A stretch of DNA of 64,000 nucleotides from Macrostomum hystrix (Eukaryota; Animalia; Platyhelminthes): assembly GCA_950097015.1 (NCBI GenBank), contig CATNEN010000037.1, forward strand, positions 2,604,001 through 2,668,000, read 5' to 3'. Within the stretch, counting starts at the first letter, position 1, and each line of letters opens with the position of its first letter. The notes beneath the pieces were generated by a model. It was given only the letters and a program-made list of their open reading frames with translations, made no database searches and had not been told where the DNA came from. Of this stretch, positions 1 through 13,670 are shown one piece after another. The position numbers were made by a program, and so were the translations under genes.

Positions 1-553
1 GGCCATCTATATGCACGACTTTGTAGTTATATATTCTTCTTTTCATTTGCATTGCCTCAGACGCCACCAGACTTGTTGTGGGAGCTAAGCCAGTGTGCAT
101 ACAACCTCTGCATTCATCTCTGCAGTGCGTGTGTGTGGGGTCTGTTTGTGATTGTTTGCCCACCGCAGCTCCACATATAGTTTGGTCCCAAGCGGCCTGG
201 AGTGCTAGCAGTTGTTATCGTGCACTGGCGGGGCAGTGTGTCAAGCCGGACTTTGAATTTCTCAACGTGCTGCCAGCATTCTCTCTCTCTCTCTGTGTGT
301 GTTTTCAAAGGCCGCTTTCCGTTCTGGTCATGAATTTTTTAATCTCTCTCTCTCTCTCTAACCTGCAAGAAGTTGAATATGTTCAATTCCTTGCCAATAA
401 GGTAAAAGGAAATTAATTATGGCACACAAGAAGTCTGAGCTTACTATTATTACTCACTTCTATTTGAACTGACTACTGGATGGAATGGAACCATAAAGGT
501 CAGTTTTCATCGCATGTCTTACGTCTCCCCTAAATACACTTTTTTACAGTTCC

Positions 554-2089
554 TCATCCCAGCGTCTCTTCATCCCAGCGTCACTTCATCTCAGTATCTC
601 TTCTTCCCAGTGTCTCTTCTTCCCAGTGTCTCTTCATCCCAGTGTATCTTCATCCCAGTGGTGTCTCTTCATCCCAGCGTCACTTTATCCCAGCGTCACT
701 TCATACCAGTGTCTCTTCATCCCAGTGTCTCTTCTTCCCAGTGTCTCTTCTTCCCAGTGTCTCTTCATCCCAGTGTCTCTTCATCCCAGTGTCTCTTCAT
801 CCCAGTGTCTCTTCATCCCAGTGTCTCTTCATCCCAGTGTCTCTTCTTCCCAGCGTCACTTCATCCCAGTGTCTCTTCATCCCAGTGTCTCTTCATCCCA
901 GTGTCTCTTCATCCCAGCGTCACTTCATCTCAGTGTCTCTTCTTCCCAGTGTATCTTCATCCCAGTGGTGTCTCTTCATCCCAGCGTCACTTTATCCCAG
1001 CGTCACTTCATACCAGTGTCTCTTCATCCCAGTGTCTCTTCTTCCCAGTGTCTCTTCTTCCCAGTGTCTCTTCATCCCAGTGTCTCTTCATCCCAGTGTC
1101 TCTTCATCCCAGTGTCTCTTCATCCCAGTGTCTCTTCATCCCAGTGTCTCTTCTTCCCAGCGTCACTTCATCCCAGTGTCTCTTCATCCCAGTGTCTCTT
1201 CATCCCAGTGTCTCTTCTTCCCAGTGTCTCTTCATCCCAGTGTCTCTTCATCCCAGTGTATCTTCATCCCAGTGTCTCTTCATCCCAGCGTCTCTTCATC
1301 CCAGTGTCTCTTCTTCCCAGTGTATCTTCATCCCAGCGTCTCTTCATCCCAGTGTCTCTTCTTTCCAGCGTCACTTCATCCCAGTGTCTCTTCATCCCAG
1401 TGTCTCTTCATCCCAGTGTCTCTTCTTCCCAGTGTCTCTTCATCCCAGTGTCTCTTCTTCCCAGTGTCTCTTCATCCCAGTGTCTCTTCTTCCCAGCGTC
1501 ACTTCATCCCAGTGTCTCTTCATCCCAGTGTCTCTTCATCCCAGTGTCTCTTCATCCCAGTGTCTCTTCTTCCCAGTGTCTCTTCATCCCAGTGTCTCTT
1601 CATCCCAGTGTATCTTCATCCCAGTGTCTCTTCATCCCAGCGTCACTTCATCTCAGTGTCTCTTCATCCCAGTGTCTCTTCATCCCAGTGTCTCTTCTTC
1701 CCAGCGTCACTTCATCCCAGTGTCTCTTCATCCCAGTGTCTCTTCATCCCAGTGTCTCTTCTTCCCAGTGTCTCTTCATCCCAGTCTCTCTTCATCCCAG
1801 TGTCTCTTCATTCTAGTGTCTCTTCATCCCAGTGTCTCTTCATCCCAGTGTCTCTTCATCCCAGTGTCTCTTCTTCCCAGTGTCTCTTCATCCCAGCGTC
1901 ACTTCATCCCAGCGTCACTTCATCCCAGTGTTTCTTCATCCCAGCGTCTCTTCATCCCAGTGTCTCTTCATCCCAGTGTCTCTTCTTCCTAGTGTCTCTT
2001 CATCCCAGTGTCTCTTCATCCCAGTGTCTCTTCATCCCAGTGTCTCTTCATCCCAGTGTCTCTTCATCCCAGTGTCTCTTCATCCCAGT
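554..2089. repeat. 16-bp minisatellite (CCCAGTGTCTCTTCAT)n, ~96 copies, with a ~307-bp higher-order duplication
   Basis: Period-16 array read directly. The rare variant block cccagtggtg...cactttatcccagcgtcacttcataccag occurs at 654 and again at 961. The overlapping ORFs in three frames are repeat artefacts. Confidence 0.97.
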
Positions 2090-2524
2090 TCCAGTGTTAT
2101 AGAAAAGAGGATTTAGATCCCTTGCCTCTGGCTTAAAATGGCTGACCGAAGCTTATTAAAGAAATTGCATCCGTCAAAAAAATGTTTCTGCGAATGGCTG
2201 CTCAAGCAAAAAAAAGTTTGGAGACGCGCAAAAATAAGAAAGTCTAGAAATATACAAAAATGAACTCAGGGAAAAGAAAGCAGTCTCACGTCCAGACAAA
2301 CCAGAGTGAGAACTGTGGCGCTTGGCTGAAAGCGAACCTAGGCGATGCCAGAAAGTTTTGCTTCATTAGCCACGGCTGGGAGATCTGGGAGCCAGATTTA
2401 GGACAGAAATTCAATTAGGATCTGCGACAGCGACCGGAATTTACTAAGAACCCTAAAAATAGTACAGTCTTTGTAACAAAAATTTGAGTTTTAATATCTC
2501 TTATCTCTTATATATTATTATTTT

Positions 2525-4112
2525 CAGTTCTCCTCACCGAATTCACAGTTCTCCTCACTAAATTCCCAGTTCTCCTCACCGAATTCCCAGTTCTCCTCAC
2601 CGAATTCCCAGTTCTCCTCACTAAATTCCCAGTTCTCCTCACCGAATTCCCAGTTCTCCTCACCGAATTCCCAGTTCTCCTCACTGAATTCCCAGTTCTC
2701 CTCACTGAATTCCAAGTTCTCCTTACTGAATTCCCAGTTCTCCTTACTGAATTCCCAGCTCTCCTCACCGAATTCCCAGTTCTCCTCACTAAATTCCCAG
2801 TTCTCCTCACCGAATTCCCAGTTCTCCTCACCGAATTCCCAGTTCTCCTCACTGAATTCCCAGTTCTCCTCACCGAATTCCCAGTTCTCCTCACTGAATT
2901 CCCAGTTCTCCTCACTGAATTCCCAGTTCTCCTCACTGAATTCCCAGTTCTCCTTACTGAATTCCCAGTTCTCCTCACTGAATTCCCAGTTCTCCTCACT
3001 GAATTCCCAGTTCTCCTCACTGAATTCCCTGTTCTCCTCACTGAATTCCCAGTTCTCCTCACTAAATTCCCAGTTCTCCTCACTGAATTCCCAGTTCTCC
3101 TCACTGAATTCCCAGTTCTCCTTACTGAATTCCCAGTTCTCCTCACTGAATTCCCAGTTCTCCTTACTGAATTCCCAGTTCTCCTCACTGAATTCCCAGT
3201 TCTCCTCACTGGATTCCCAGTTCTCCTCACTAAATTGCCAGTTCTCCTCACTGAATTCCCTGTTCTCCTCACTGGATTCCCAGTTCTCCTCATCGAATTC
3301 CCAGTTCTCCTCACTGAATTCCCAGTTCTCCTCACCGAATTCCCAGTTCTCCTCATCGAATTCCCAGTTCTCCTCACTGAATTCCCAGTTCTCCTCACTG
3401 AATTCCCAGTTCTCCTTACTGAATTCCCAGTTCTCCTTACTGAATTCCCAGTTCTCCTCACTGAATTCCCAGTTCTCCTCACTAAATTCCCAGTTCTCCT
3501 CACCGAATTCCCAGTTCTCCTCACCGAATTCCCAGTTCTCCTTACTGAATTCCCAGTTCTCCTTACAGAATTCCCAGTTCTCCTCACTGAATTCCCAGTT
3601 CTCCTCACCGAATTCCCAGTTCTCCTTACTGAATTCCCAGTTCTCCTCACTGAATTCCCAGTTCTCCTCACTAAATTCCCAGTTCTCCTTACTAAATTCC
3701 CAGTTCTCCTCACTAAATTCCCAGTTCTCCTCACCGAATTCCCAGTTCTCCTTACTGAATTCCCAGTTCTCCTTACTGAATTCCCAGTTCTCCTCACTGA
3801 ATTCCCAGTTCTCCTCACTGAATTCCCAGTTCTCCTCACTGAATTCCCAGTTCTCCTCACTAAATTCCCAGTTCTCCTCACTAAATTCCCAGTTCTCCTC
3901 ACCGAATTCCCAGTTCTCCTTACTGAATTCCCAGTTCTCCTCACTAAATTCCCAGTTCTCCTTACTGAATTCCCAGTTCTCCTCACTAAATTCCCAGTTC
4001 TCCTCACTAAATTCCCAGTTCTCCTCACTAAATTCCCAGTTCTCCTTACTGAATTCCCAGTTCTCCTCACTGGATTCCCAGTTCTCCTTACTGAATTCCC
4101 AGTTCTCCTCAC
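2525..4112. repeat. 21-bp minisatellite (GAATTCCCAGTTCTCCTCACT)n, ~75 copies
   Basis: Period-21 array; ORFs on both strands simply mirror the unit. Confidence 0.97.
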
Positions 4113-4787
4113 AAGAACTCGCAGTTCTTTTCACTGAGTATCCCGTTTTTTCAGTTTTGTGATCATCTGTTTATGCCAGTAGATTAATCAGATTTCTAGA
4201 CTGTTGTTTCAGATGCACTAAATGAATTCCCCAATTAATGTGATACTGATTTCTCTTGTTTGAATCGAGGTAGAAAAAGCTTTCCTTCAAAAATGACAGC
4301 CAAAGCTTCCACTTTTTCGCATTCCCCATTGGATCAAAATCCCACTGGGCATCCTTAAAGCAGCACCCTAAACGTCGCAACAAAAGCTGAGGGGATAATA
4401 AGACGGGAAAAAACGTTTCTGTGGGATCCTTAAACCGCCGCAAGGGAGTTGCATTCAGTTCCTACATGAACTGGTGCCAGAATTCAGTTTTAATTGCTGT
4501 ACATTTTCCGCATCAATTATGTCCAAGAAATTCTCCTGACCAATTTTGTTAGACTCTGTGGCAACGGCTAGCACTGGGGGCCATATTGAAAAACTGGAAC
4601 ATTTCTGGCAATGATTGGCAGACAGTTTAAAAGCAGATGCAGCTGCGACAGACCAGCCTTGACCATTTTCCGCCTTTTTCTATCCTTTAAGTTTTGTTAA
4701 CATTATTTCTCCCATTCTTTTGTACAGCTGCTAACTAGAATTGTTGACAACTTTTTAACTCACTAATTTCACTTTCACCATCATTCC

Positions 4788-6838
4788 CTCACTCTCACCA
4801 TCACTTCCTCACTCTCACCATCACTCCCTCACTCTCACCATCACTTCCTCACTCTCACCATCACTCCCTCACTCTCACCATCACTCCCTCACTCTCACCA
4901 TCACTCCCTCACTCTCACCATCACTCCCTCACTCTCACCATCACTCCCTCACTCTCACCATCACTCCCTCACTCTCACCATCACTCCCTCACTCTCACCA
5001 TCACTCCCTCACTCTCACCATCACTCCCTCACTCTCACCATCACTCCCTCACTCTCACCATCACTCCCTCACTCTCACCATCACTCCCTCACTCTCACCA
5101 TCACTCCCTCACTCTCACCATCACTCCCTCACTCTCACCATCACTCCCTCACTCTCACCATCACTCCCTCACTCTCACCATCACTCCCTCACTCTCACCA
5201 TCACTTCCTCACTCTCACCATCACTCCCTCACTCTCACCATCACTCCCTCACTCTCACCATCACTTCCTCACTCTCACCATCACTCCCTCACTCTCACCA
5301 TCACTTCCTCACTCTCACCATCACTCCCTCACTCTCACCATCACTCCCTCACTCTCACCATCACTCCCTCACTCTCACCATCACTCCCTCACTCTCACCA
5401 TCACTCCCTCACTCTCACCATCACTCCCTCACTCTCACCATCACTCCCTCACTCTCACCATCACTTCCTCACTCTCACCATCACTCCCTCACTCTCACCA
5501 TCACTCCCTCACTCTCACCATCACTCCCTCACTCTCACCATCACTCCCTCACTCTCACCATCACTCCCTCACTCTCACCATCACTCCCTCACTCTCACCA
5601 TCACTCCCTCACTCTCACCATCACTCCCTCACTCTCACCATCACTCCCTCACTCTCACCATCACTCCCTCACTCTCACCATCACTTCCTCACTCTCACCA
5701 TCACTCCCTCACTCTCACCATCACTCCCTCACTCTCACCATCACTTCCTCACCCTCACCATCACTCCCTCACTCTCACCATCACTCCCTCACTCTCACCA
5801 TCACTTCCTCACTCTCACCATCACTCCCTCACTCTCACCATCACTTCCTCACTCTCACCATCACTCCCTCACTCTCACCATCACTCCCTCACTCTCACCA
5901 TCACTCCCTCACTCTCACCATCATTCCCTCCCTCTCACCATCACTTCCTCACTCTCACCATCACTCCCTCACTCTCACCATCACTCTCACCATCACTCCC
6001 TCACTCTCACCATCACTCCCTCACTCTCACCATCACTCCCTCACTCTCACCATCACTCTCACCATCACTCCCTCACTCTCACCATCACTCCCTCACTCTC
6101 ACCATCACTCCCTCACTCTCACCATCACTCCCTCACTCTCACCATCACTTCCTCACTCTCACCATCACTCCCTCACTCTCACCATCACTCCCTCACTCTC
6201 ACCATCACTCCCTCACTCTCACCATCACTCCCTCACTCTCACCATCACTCCCTCACTCTCACCATCACTCCCTCACTCTCACCATCACTCCCTCACTCTC
6301 ACCATCACTTCCTCACTCTCACCATCACTCCCTCACTCTCACCATCACTCCCTCACTCTCACCATCACTTCCTCACTCTCACCATCACTCCCTCACTCTC
6401 ACCATCACTCCCTCACTCTCACCATCACTCCCTCACTCTCACCATCACTCCCTCACTCTCACCATCACTCCTCACTCTCACCATCACTCCCTCACTCTCA
6501 CCATCATTCCCTCCCTCTCACCATCACTCCCTCACTCTCACCATCACTCCCTCACTCTCACCATCACTCCCTCACTCTCACCATCACTCCCTCACTCTCA
6601 CCATCACTCCCTCACTCTCACCATCACTCCCTCACTCTCACCATCACTTCCTCACTCTCACCATCACTCCCTCACTCTCACCATCACTCCCTCACTCTCA
6701 CCATCACTTCCTCACTCTCACCATCACTCCCTCACTCTCACCATCACTTCCTCACTCTCACCATCACTCCCTCACTCTCACCATCACTCCCTCACTCTCA
6801 CCATCACTTCCTCGCTCTCACCATCACTTCCTCGCTCT
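4788..6838. repeat. 20-bp minisatellite (ACTCTCACCATCACTCCCTC)n, ~100 copies, G-free on the + strand
   Basis: Period-20 array with C/T variants and occasional partial units. Confidence 0.97.
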
Positions 6839-7889
6839 CTTCTAAGTTCAGTATCCAAAACTCGCATTCAGTCCTGTCCGAGCTAATGTTTTAGCTGGGA
6901 CAGCAGCTTTAATCTTCACAACTCGGCTTCTGCTAGAGTTTTCTCTCCCGGATTAAGACCATATAGCGGGGCCGGAAATCCACTGCCATCAGCGTGGGTC
7001 CCTGGCGCCCTCTCCGTGGGGATATCTCGTGTACTTTAAATTTGCAAAGCTCTCCTCGGCCTTCTCGCTTCTTCTCTGCGACCAGCCAGCCAGCCAGCCT
7101 ACTAGGTTTGTCTTTTGGATAAAGCAAAAAATGTCTGCCTCAGTCCAAACCGGAGCTCCTCCCACTTCTCCCCCTCTTTCTCCTTCTCCGCATACAAATG
7201 CGCCCCCGAATATCCCAGCCCCTTCCGTCCGACTGTTCCTTATCCCAGCCAGAGATCCCCCGTCTAACCGCAGAGAGCCGTGTCCCATTCCATCTGGGGC
7301 AATTCCTGGCGGACTTGCGTAAGACTTATCCACGCCAGTACTGCAAAAAACGCTCCTAAATACGCTCGTAGTTTTTCATCCCTGTTCAGTGCGCAAATGG
7401 ATCAAATGCTGGCCGGCCGTATCGAAACTAAATGGGAAAACGGAAAGACAGGCCGAATGGTTGGTACCGTTTGGCATAGCAGAGTGGCGCTCATTAGAAT
7501 GGTTTTTTGTTAATAACAAACGCCTACATGTATGCGCGATTTTTCTTAGAAATATAACTGATTTCCTACCGTCTTGAAGGCTTTGCTGCAGAGAGTTCGA
7601 ATCTGAAATTCGAAAGGTCGGGAGTTCGAATCTCAGAAAAATAAATACCGAATCCTTCAACTTGAAGCTTAGTAACCAAATGCTTTTGTTTACCCAGCTG
7701 CTAGGATAGAAACCAGTCCACAGACTGAACAGCTGTACACAGCCTATAGAAGCGCCGCAAAATTGCTTCCCAACCCAATGATCCAACACAGTTTGTCCAA
7801 GGCTGCAGTGTCTTAGTACTGTTATTGCTGTTAAAACTCCTGTATGACGCTGCGAACCTGTTAACCCCAACTTCCTGACATCCTCGCAG

Positions 7890-9337
7890 CTTCTCCCAAC
7901 GAGGTAGCCTCAATGGGCCAGAGTGCCAGCAGTGAAATCCGCATCGGCCAAGATCCGGCATTTTCCTCTTCATCAGCCGCCTCATCAGCGTCAAACTCAG
8001 CGCCGTCCGCCTCGTTCGCATCCTCGCCGCCGCCGCGGCCGCCTCCGCAGCTCCGATGGCTGCGGGCCAGTCGAGCCAGCCGGCGCAGCCTGACGGCTGA
8101 GTGGGGCTGGTCGGAGCTCGGCCAGCCGGCCAGCCGTTGCCACCTGCTCTTCCTGCGCAGCGACGCCCCCCAGGCCGGCCAGGTCGGTCGAATGCGTCGC
8201 GTCCCGGTGGACTCGCGTCGTCATGGCTACACCATGGCCGGGCTGGCCGAGGACGCGCCCTACCGGGTCTGTCTGCAGTGCGCCGCAGTCGCCGCCGCCG
8301 AGCTAGTCGAGGCTGGCGGGAATCGAACCAGCGCCAAACCAGTCTCGGCCAATCAGGCCGTGAGCGGCAGGCCTGCTGAGATCATGCACTGCGTGAACGT
8401 CTCCACCAAGCAGGCGCACTTGCCTGCCATCATCGGCAGCTGTTTGGGGGCACTTTGCGCTTTGATTCTCGTCCTGGCTCTGGTGCTGCTGTCCCGCCGG
8501 TCCAAGCAGTATCGCAAGGTGAACGAGCGTCAGTCATCGGCCACCGCCAACAAGAAGGTTGTGGTGCACGAGATCGCCTACGAGACTGAGAATCTGCCAA
8601 GTCCCAAACTGGACTTCGACAGCAACTCCGATGGATACATTTATGACGGCAGCGAAGATCAGCCGGTGTCTTCGGCTAGCGACGACATTTTGACACCTCC
8701 GCCCCTGCCGCCGCCGCCGCCGCCGCTAATGCCAGCTTCGCCAGACGAAACAGAGCGATCGAAATCGGAGATTGCGAAATCGCAGCTGAGAGCAACGGCT
8801 GGGGAGGCCCTGTCGACTGCGCAGCCAGAGCTCGCGTCTTTGCTGTCTGTTAATGACCGACCGAGTCCGGACGCCCCGGTGGCCGACACTGCTGACACGG
8901 ACGCGGATGAGGCTGTCGCACCGCCAACACCACCGCCACCGCCGGCGCCATGTTCGACTGATATGGAAGCCGTTAGCCACACTGACGTCGCTGGAGGTGC
9001 AAGTGCTTCAACACCGGCTTCGGCTTCAACTGACGGTCTTCAGATCATCCAGGTAAATGAGACCGATGAGTACTCCATCGACCTGCGCCTGTGCGACTCC
9101 CTGTCGCGTCAGCAGAGTCTGAAGACGCCATTGTCGGCCACCGCGTCCACCGGCACCTCGGCCTCCGTGACTGTGTCAGCGTCAGCGTCAACATCAGCCG
9201 GAGCTGCCTCTGCAGGGCTGCCAGAAGACTCGGCGGCGACTCCGACCCCGCCAGCCAGCGATCATCACGAAGAGCCGGCTGTGCTGGTTGGTGGGGGGGT
9301 GCCATCTCTCTACACGCAGCTCATTGAAACTCTTTAG
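7890..9337 (+). CDS. Terminal exon of a single-pass membrane protein: FN3-like domain, TM helix, long Pro/Ser/Ala-rich cytoplasmic tail ending in a class I PDZ-binding motif (ETL)
   Basis: Acceptor tcctcgcag|C at 7887-7890 opens the ORF frame. FN3-like pattern (LTAEWGW...YTMAGLAEDAPYRVCLQC), hydrophobic LPAIIGSCLGALCALILVLALVLL followed by basic SRRSK, C-terminus IETL. Upstream exons not identified. Confidence 0.75.
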
Positions 9338-10839
9338 CAATGCTTGATTTGAATCTGCATGAAATCAGCTCATAGAATCAACCCTGCAGTGATCTGACCT
9401 TGCGCTTGTCCATCTGCAGAATTTTAATGTAAATCTCTTGTGCCAGCTTCGCAAATAGATCTATTCAATCTATTCAGCATGTAAATGATCATCATTAAGG
9501 ATTTAATTCTGACAGAAAATTATTTGTTAAGACAATATTCCCTCTCCAATGCATGATGTTGGAATAGGTTTTTTTGCTTTTTTTCTCGGAAATTGTAAAT
9601 AATTCCTAGAAAAACGAACAAATCTAAGAAGTATTCCCTCATATTGTAGGTGAGTTAGATTACTTTCGAAGTTGTTTATCATCATCGTACCACGAATATC
9701 ATTTATTAGAGATCGGTTGCATTTTGACATTTCAGGCAGCCATTGTTTAAAAAATCAAACTTTTGCCTTAGACCAATGGATCAATACCACTATCAATTCT
9801 ACTGTTAAGAAAAAGAGAAGTTCAGTTAACGGCCAAATTGACATGAACAGTTGGGAACCAAATTATTATTTGTGTATAGTATATAGTCGAATAATACAGT
9901 TTTGAAAATCTAACAATAAAAACAATCACACTTCATAGTTTTGACACTTTAGAAAGTCACTAATAACAGTAGACTCAGTAGTTAATTTTGCACATTGACT
10001 TAGGGACAACTTTTTCTTCATTCTCTAATTGGACTTGTATTTTAAACTAGTTTGTAGAACACAAATTTTAAGACTAAAATAAAAGACTGCAAGTCTGCTC
10101 AAATTTTTAGAAACGCACTTTTAAACTTTAATTATTTTTTGGTATGGTCTTGTTCCGCGATCACCACTAGTATGGTGATTTAGGTCTCCAGTTTAAAAGT
10201 AGAGAGACCACATCATTTTTCGCTGGGGAATCTAAAGTTTCGGCTCTTGATCACGATGAACTAAAACTTTCAAGGCCGTCCGATGTCAACATCATCGAGA
10301 TATTCAGCTTTTTTATGCCATCGACGAGAATCTCGACGATGCCGATGTTTTGTGGTTGTCAAAGTTATATCATCGGATAGAGTGGAAAGCCTGTGCTTTG
10401 GATTTTCAAGCCAAACGGGTGAACATTTTGTGGGGGTGGGTACAGAAAAAGAAAAAAGTGTGAATTTAATTGAAATACCCTCCCATGGTCTTTCAACTGT
10501 TGATAATTTAAATTAGTTTTTAATATTGAGGTGTCTAAATACGAGCTTGCTTATCTATATGCTATAGGAAAACCGCTGGTTTGCGGTTCTTACACGTTTT
10601 TTCACTACTGCAGTATTATTTGGCACACCGGCTGACTTCGACTGAGTCCAGCAACTCAGGCTACGCCAATTGGCTCACTGGCCGGGTCGGAGTGATCATG
10701 AGGCACTGCAAACTCAATTAGCTAATTAGCTTGCATGGTTTGGCTTTCAAAGCTATAACTTTAATGACTATACTTAGTATGTCATTACTTTCGAGTAGTA
10801 TCAGCAGCAATTTGTAAAATTTTGTCGAGTAGATAATTT

Positions 10840-11070
10840 TTGCGCTCCGCACTTCTAACCGAGAGGTCGGAAGTTCGAATCTAGACTTAATTAAGCGAAC
10901 TACTGTTCTGTCTTTTAAGCACTTTAGACTTCACTCTGCTCAGTTGCTTAAGTTTACTGAGCTGAGAAATTTAGGTTCTAGCATAAGCATAGGTAGAAAC
11001 TTTGGTGGTTGTGGCTGCCTCTCAGTCCATGGACTGCACAGCAGCGGTACGTAGCTTTTTGCCCATCTGG
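10840..11070 (+). mobile_element. Degenerate fragments of tRNA-derived SINE family A
   Basis: B-box-like GAGGTCGGAAGTTCGAATC near 10862 and the family core CAGTCCATGGACTG near 11022, shared with the copies at 16.9, 22.0 and 28.0 kb. Confidence 0.55.
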
Positions 11071-12020
11071 CTGAACATCAAGAACTATATAAAGAAGTAC
11101 CTTGATCATTATTGAAGTCTATAAGCAAAATAGGAAATGTTATTTCCCAAGAGATTTCCTAAGAGAAATGTTATTTTCTTAACATATACTTAACATATAA
11201 CAACATTTGCTTGACAACTGTGTTAGGGCTAAATTTCTTTACTTAGAGCTTTCCCGCCAAATCACTACACTGGGTAAACTTTAAAACCCACCAGAGCCAA
11301 ACCCACCAGAGCCAAAATTATTCCATAGCCAAAATATCAGCTCTGGTAAACCTTTCCGACCCACCAATGCTAAAAAATGATGGGCCCTAACTAAATGCTT
11401 GTATTGCATTAGTTGTTAAGAGAAAATGGAGATGATTCTTTGAGAAAAGTAATTCACTAGTTTTGTTATAATCAACTAAAAACACACCAGACCCAAATAA
11501 TTGACGATGCAATATTCTCAGAGACCACCAGATCCATAATCAAGCGTTTTTACTATTTATGCGCAGATTTCTGTGTCCAGCTACAGAAAATTCCCTTGAG
11601 TCACAAAAAGTATTTTTAGCTGTCGCAGTGTTGCTAGGGATTGGTTGATACACAAAGCGTGGCAGTTTAAAAGCTGTAGCGAACAATAAATTTCGAGGGT
11701 AGACTTATACTAAGGAACTAAGGTAATGAAAGTAAGCCCCGTCTCTAATTAGCTAGCCAAATCATGTCTCATGATTTATTTGTCGGCATATCTGCATGTT
11801 GGTCCTTCAGCCCACATTATTTATAAGTAGCTAAGCTTGATTCTAGCTTAATAAGACATTCACTCTCTTTCGCCTTTCCATAAAAGCTGTGCTTCAGCTT
11901 TAGACCTGTTTACTTGTTAATTAACTTATTACATTTTAGGCGCTGAGCAGAGATATTGGCTGGCTTCATTCATTTATTAATGCTTTGTGCAAAAAAGACT
12001 GAAACTATATTTATTTATTA

Positions 12021-12790
12021 ATTCCCAACACTTGCCAGATATTTTTGTCCAGGATTAATTGACTATGATCACACAGCTAGTTTCCAACATGAAAACCATG
12101 ATAATCATGTATTTCCTGTTTGTCTAGTGATTCCCAAAACTTGCCAGATATTTTTGTCCAGGATTAATTGACTTTAATCACACAGCTAGTTTCCAACATG
12201 AAAACCATGATAATCATGTATTTCCTGTTTGTCTAGTGATTCCCAACACTTGCCAGATATTTTTGTCCAGGATTAATTGACTATGATCACACAGCTAGTT
12301 TCCAACATGAAAACCATGATAATCATGTATTTCCTGTTTGTCTAGTGATTCCCAAACTTGCCAGATATTTTTGTCCAGGATTAATTGACTATGATCACAC
12401 AGCTAGTTTCCAACATGAAAACCATGATAATCATGTTTTTCCTGTTTGTCTAGTGATTCCCAAACTTGCCAGATATTTTTGTCCAGGATTAATTGACTAT
12501 GATCACACAGCTAGTTTCCAACATGAAAACCATGATAATCATGTATTTCCTGTTTGTCTAGTGATTCCCAAAACTTGCCAGATATTTTTGTCCAGGATTA
12601 ATTGACTATAATCACACAGCTAGTTTCCAACATGAAAACCATGATAATCATGTATTTCCTGTTTGTCTAGTGATTCCCAAAACTTGCCAGATATTTTTGT
12701 CCAGGATTAATTGACTATAATCACACAGCTAGTTTCCAACATGAAAACCATGATAATCATGTATTTCCTGTTTGTCTAGTGATTCCCAAC
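12021..12790. repeat. ~109-bp tandem array inside the left TIR (7 full copies; 2 inverted copies in the right arm at 13670-13890)
   Basis: Unit starts (attccc) at 12021, 12130, 12239, 12348, 12456, 12564, 12673 and 12782. Confidence 0.95.
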
Positions 12791-12984
12791 ACATGCCAGA
12801 TATTGCTGTCATGGATGACTATGACTATTCAGTTAATGTCCAGCATACATTTTTTCAGCTGCCTGATTGGGAACTTCTACTTGGTCGGTTGCAGTCGGCC
12901 TGGGCCTTAAGCCTGCATGCTGCGGTTTCTAAAAGAATTTTTTTAAAGCTAAGTGAGAACCATATTGAAAACAAAGGCTGCGCT

Positions 12985-13670
12985 ATGGCAAATCAACTGC
13001 GTTCAACAAGCAACGAGGATAGAGAGCGCCTGGTCAATGTCATCGAAGATGGTTACTTAATTTCGACTGCGTCCAAAATCCTTAATCTGAACAAGAAGAC
13101 GGCCTATCGGTTATGGAGTCGCTACGCAGCTACTGGTGAGATCCATGCGTTGCAACGCGGTGGCCGCAAGGCGGGGTCAACAAAAATTGATGCTGAAATG
13201 CGGAATGCCGTTGAGCAGATAGTTGAGCGAAATCCCTATGTTACTCTGACGGATGTGCAGAGAAAACTGACTTTTGAGTTGCCACAAAAGCCGAATCTCT
13301 GAATCTCTGAATCCACCATTGCTAGAGCGATGAACTCCATGCTTATATCACTGAAAGTCGCCACCAAGGATGCCGACGTGAGGCTTGCTGCGAATACCCA
13401 GGATGTGATACAAGCGAGGCGCGACTATGCCATGATGATGACGGGTCTGCTTGTGAATGACCTGGCTGTGTTTATCGATGAGACTGGCTACAACCTATGG
13501 ACGAGAAGGACGCAGGGTCGAGCAAGAGTTGACCAGCCTGTGCGACGAACGGTGGTAACGCAGAGGGGTCCCAACATGACGATGCGCTTGGCAGTGTCAT
13601 CTGACCTGGGTCTTGTCCACTGTACGCTGCAGCGAGGTGGTCAAACACAAGAGAGATTTCAGCAGTTCAG
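12985..13670 (+). pseudogene. IS630/Tc1-mariner-type transposase fragment (HTH region plus first catalytic Asp), one in-frame TGA, truncated by the right TIR
   Basis: MANQLRSTSNEDRERLV...ASKILNLNKKTAYRLW (HTH); VFIDETGYNLWTRRTQGR (first D motif of the IS630/Tc1 DDE domain). ORFs 12772-13302 and 13330-13680 share a frame, separated by TGA at 13300-13302. The second D and the E are missing. Confidence 0.85.

Noticed and set aside
514-4137. Long ORFs of 300-536 aa in several frames and on both strands
   Set aside because: They are translations of stop-free 16- and 21-bp minisatellites, open in multiple frames, with no domain content.
4171-4700. Short unique segment between arrays with a 90-aa minus-strand ORF
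   Set aside because: No recognisable motif or consistent splice sites, so it cannot be supported as coding.
10140-10500. Several short inverted repeats and a GAAAGACCATG motif shared with ~55460
   Set aside because: Possibly an old TIR element, but I could not define termini or a TSD.
12021-12790. CRISPR-like appearance of the 109-bp array (also the 46-bp and 32-bp arrays)
   Set aside because: The units are wholly repeated with no unique spacers, there are no cas genes, and the context is eukaryotic.
13283-13306. GAATCTCT direct repeat at the transposase stop as an 8-bp excision footprint
   Set aside because: Removing 8 bp still gives TGA and breaks the frame; a single nonsense change or small in-frame insertion explains it more simply.
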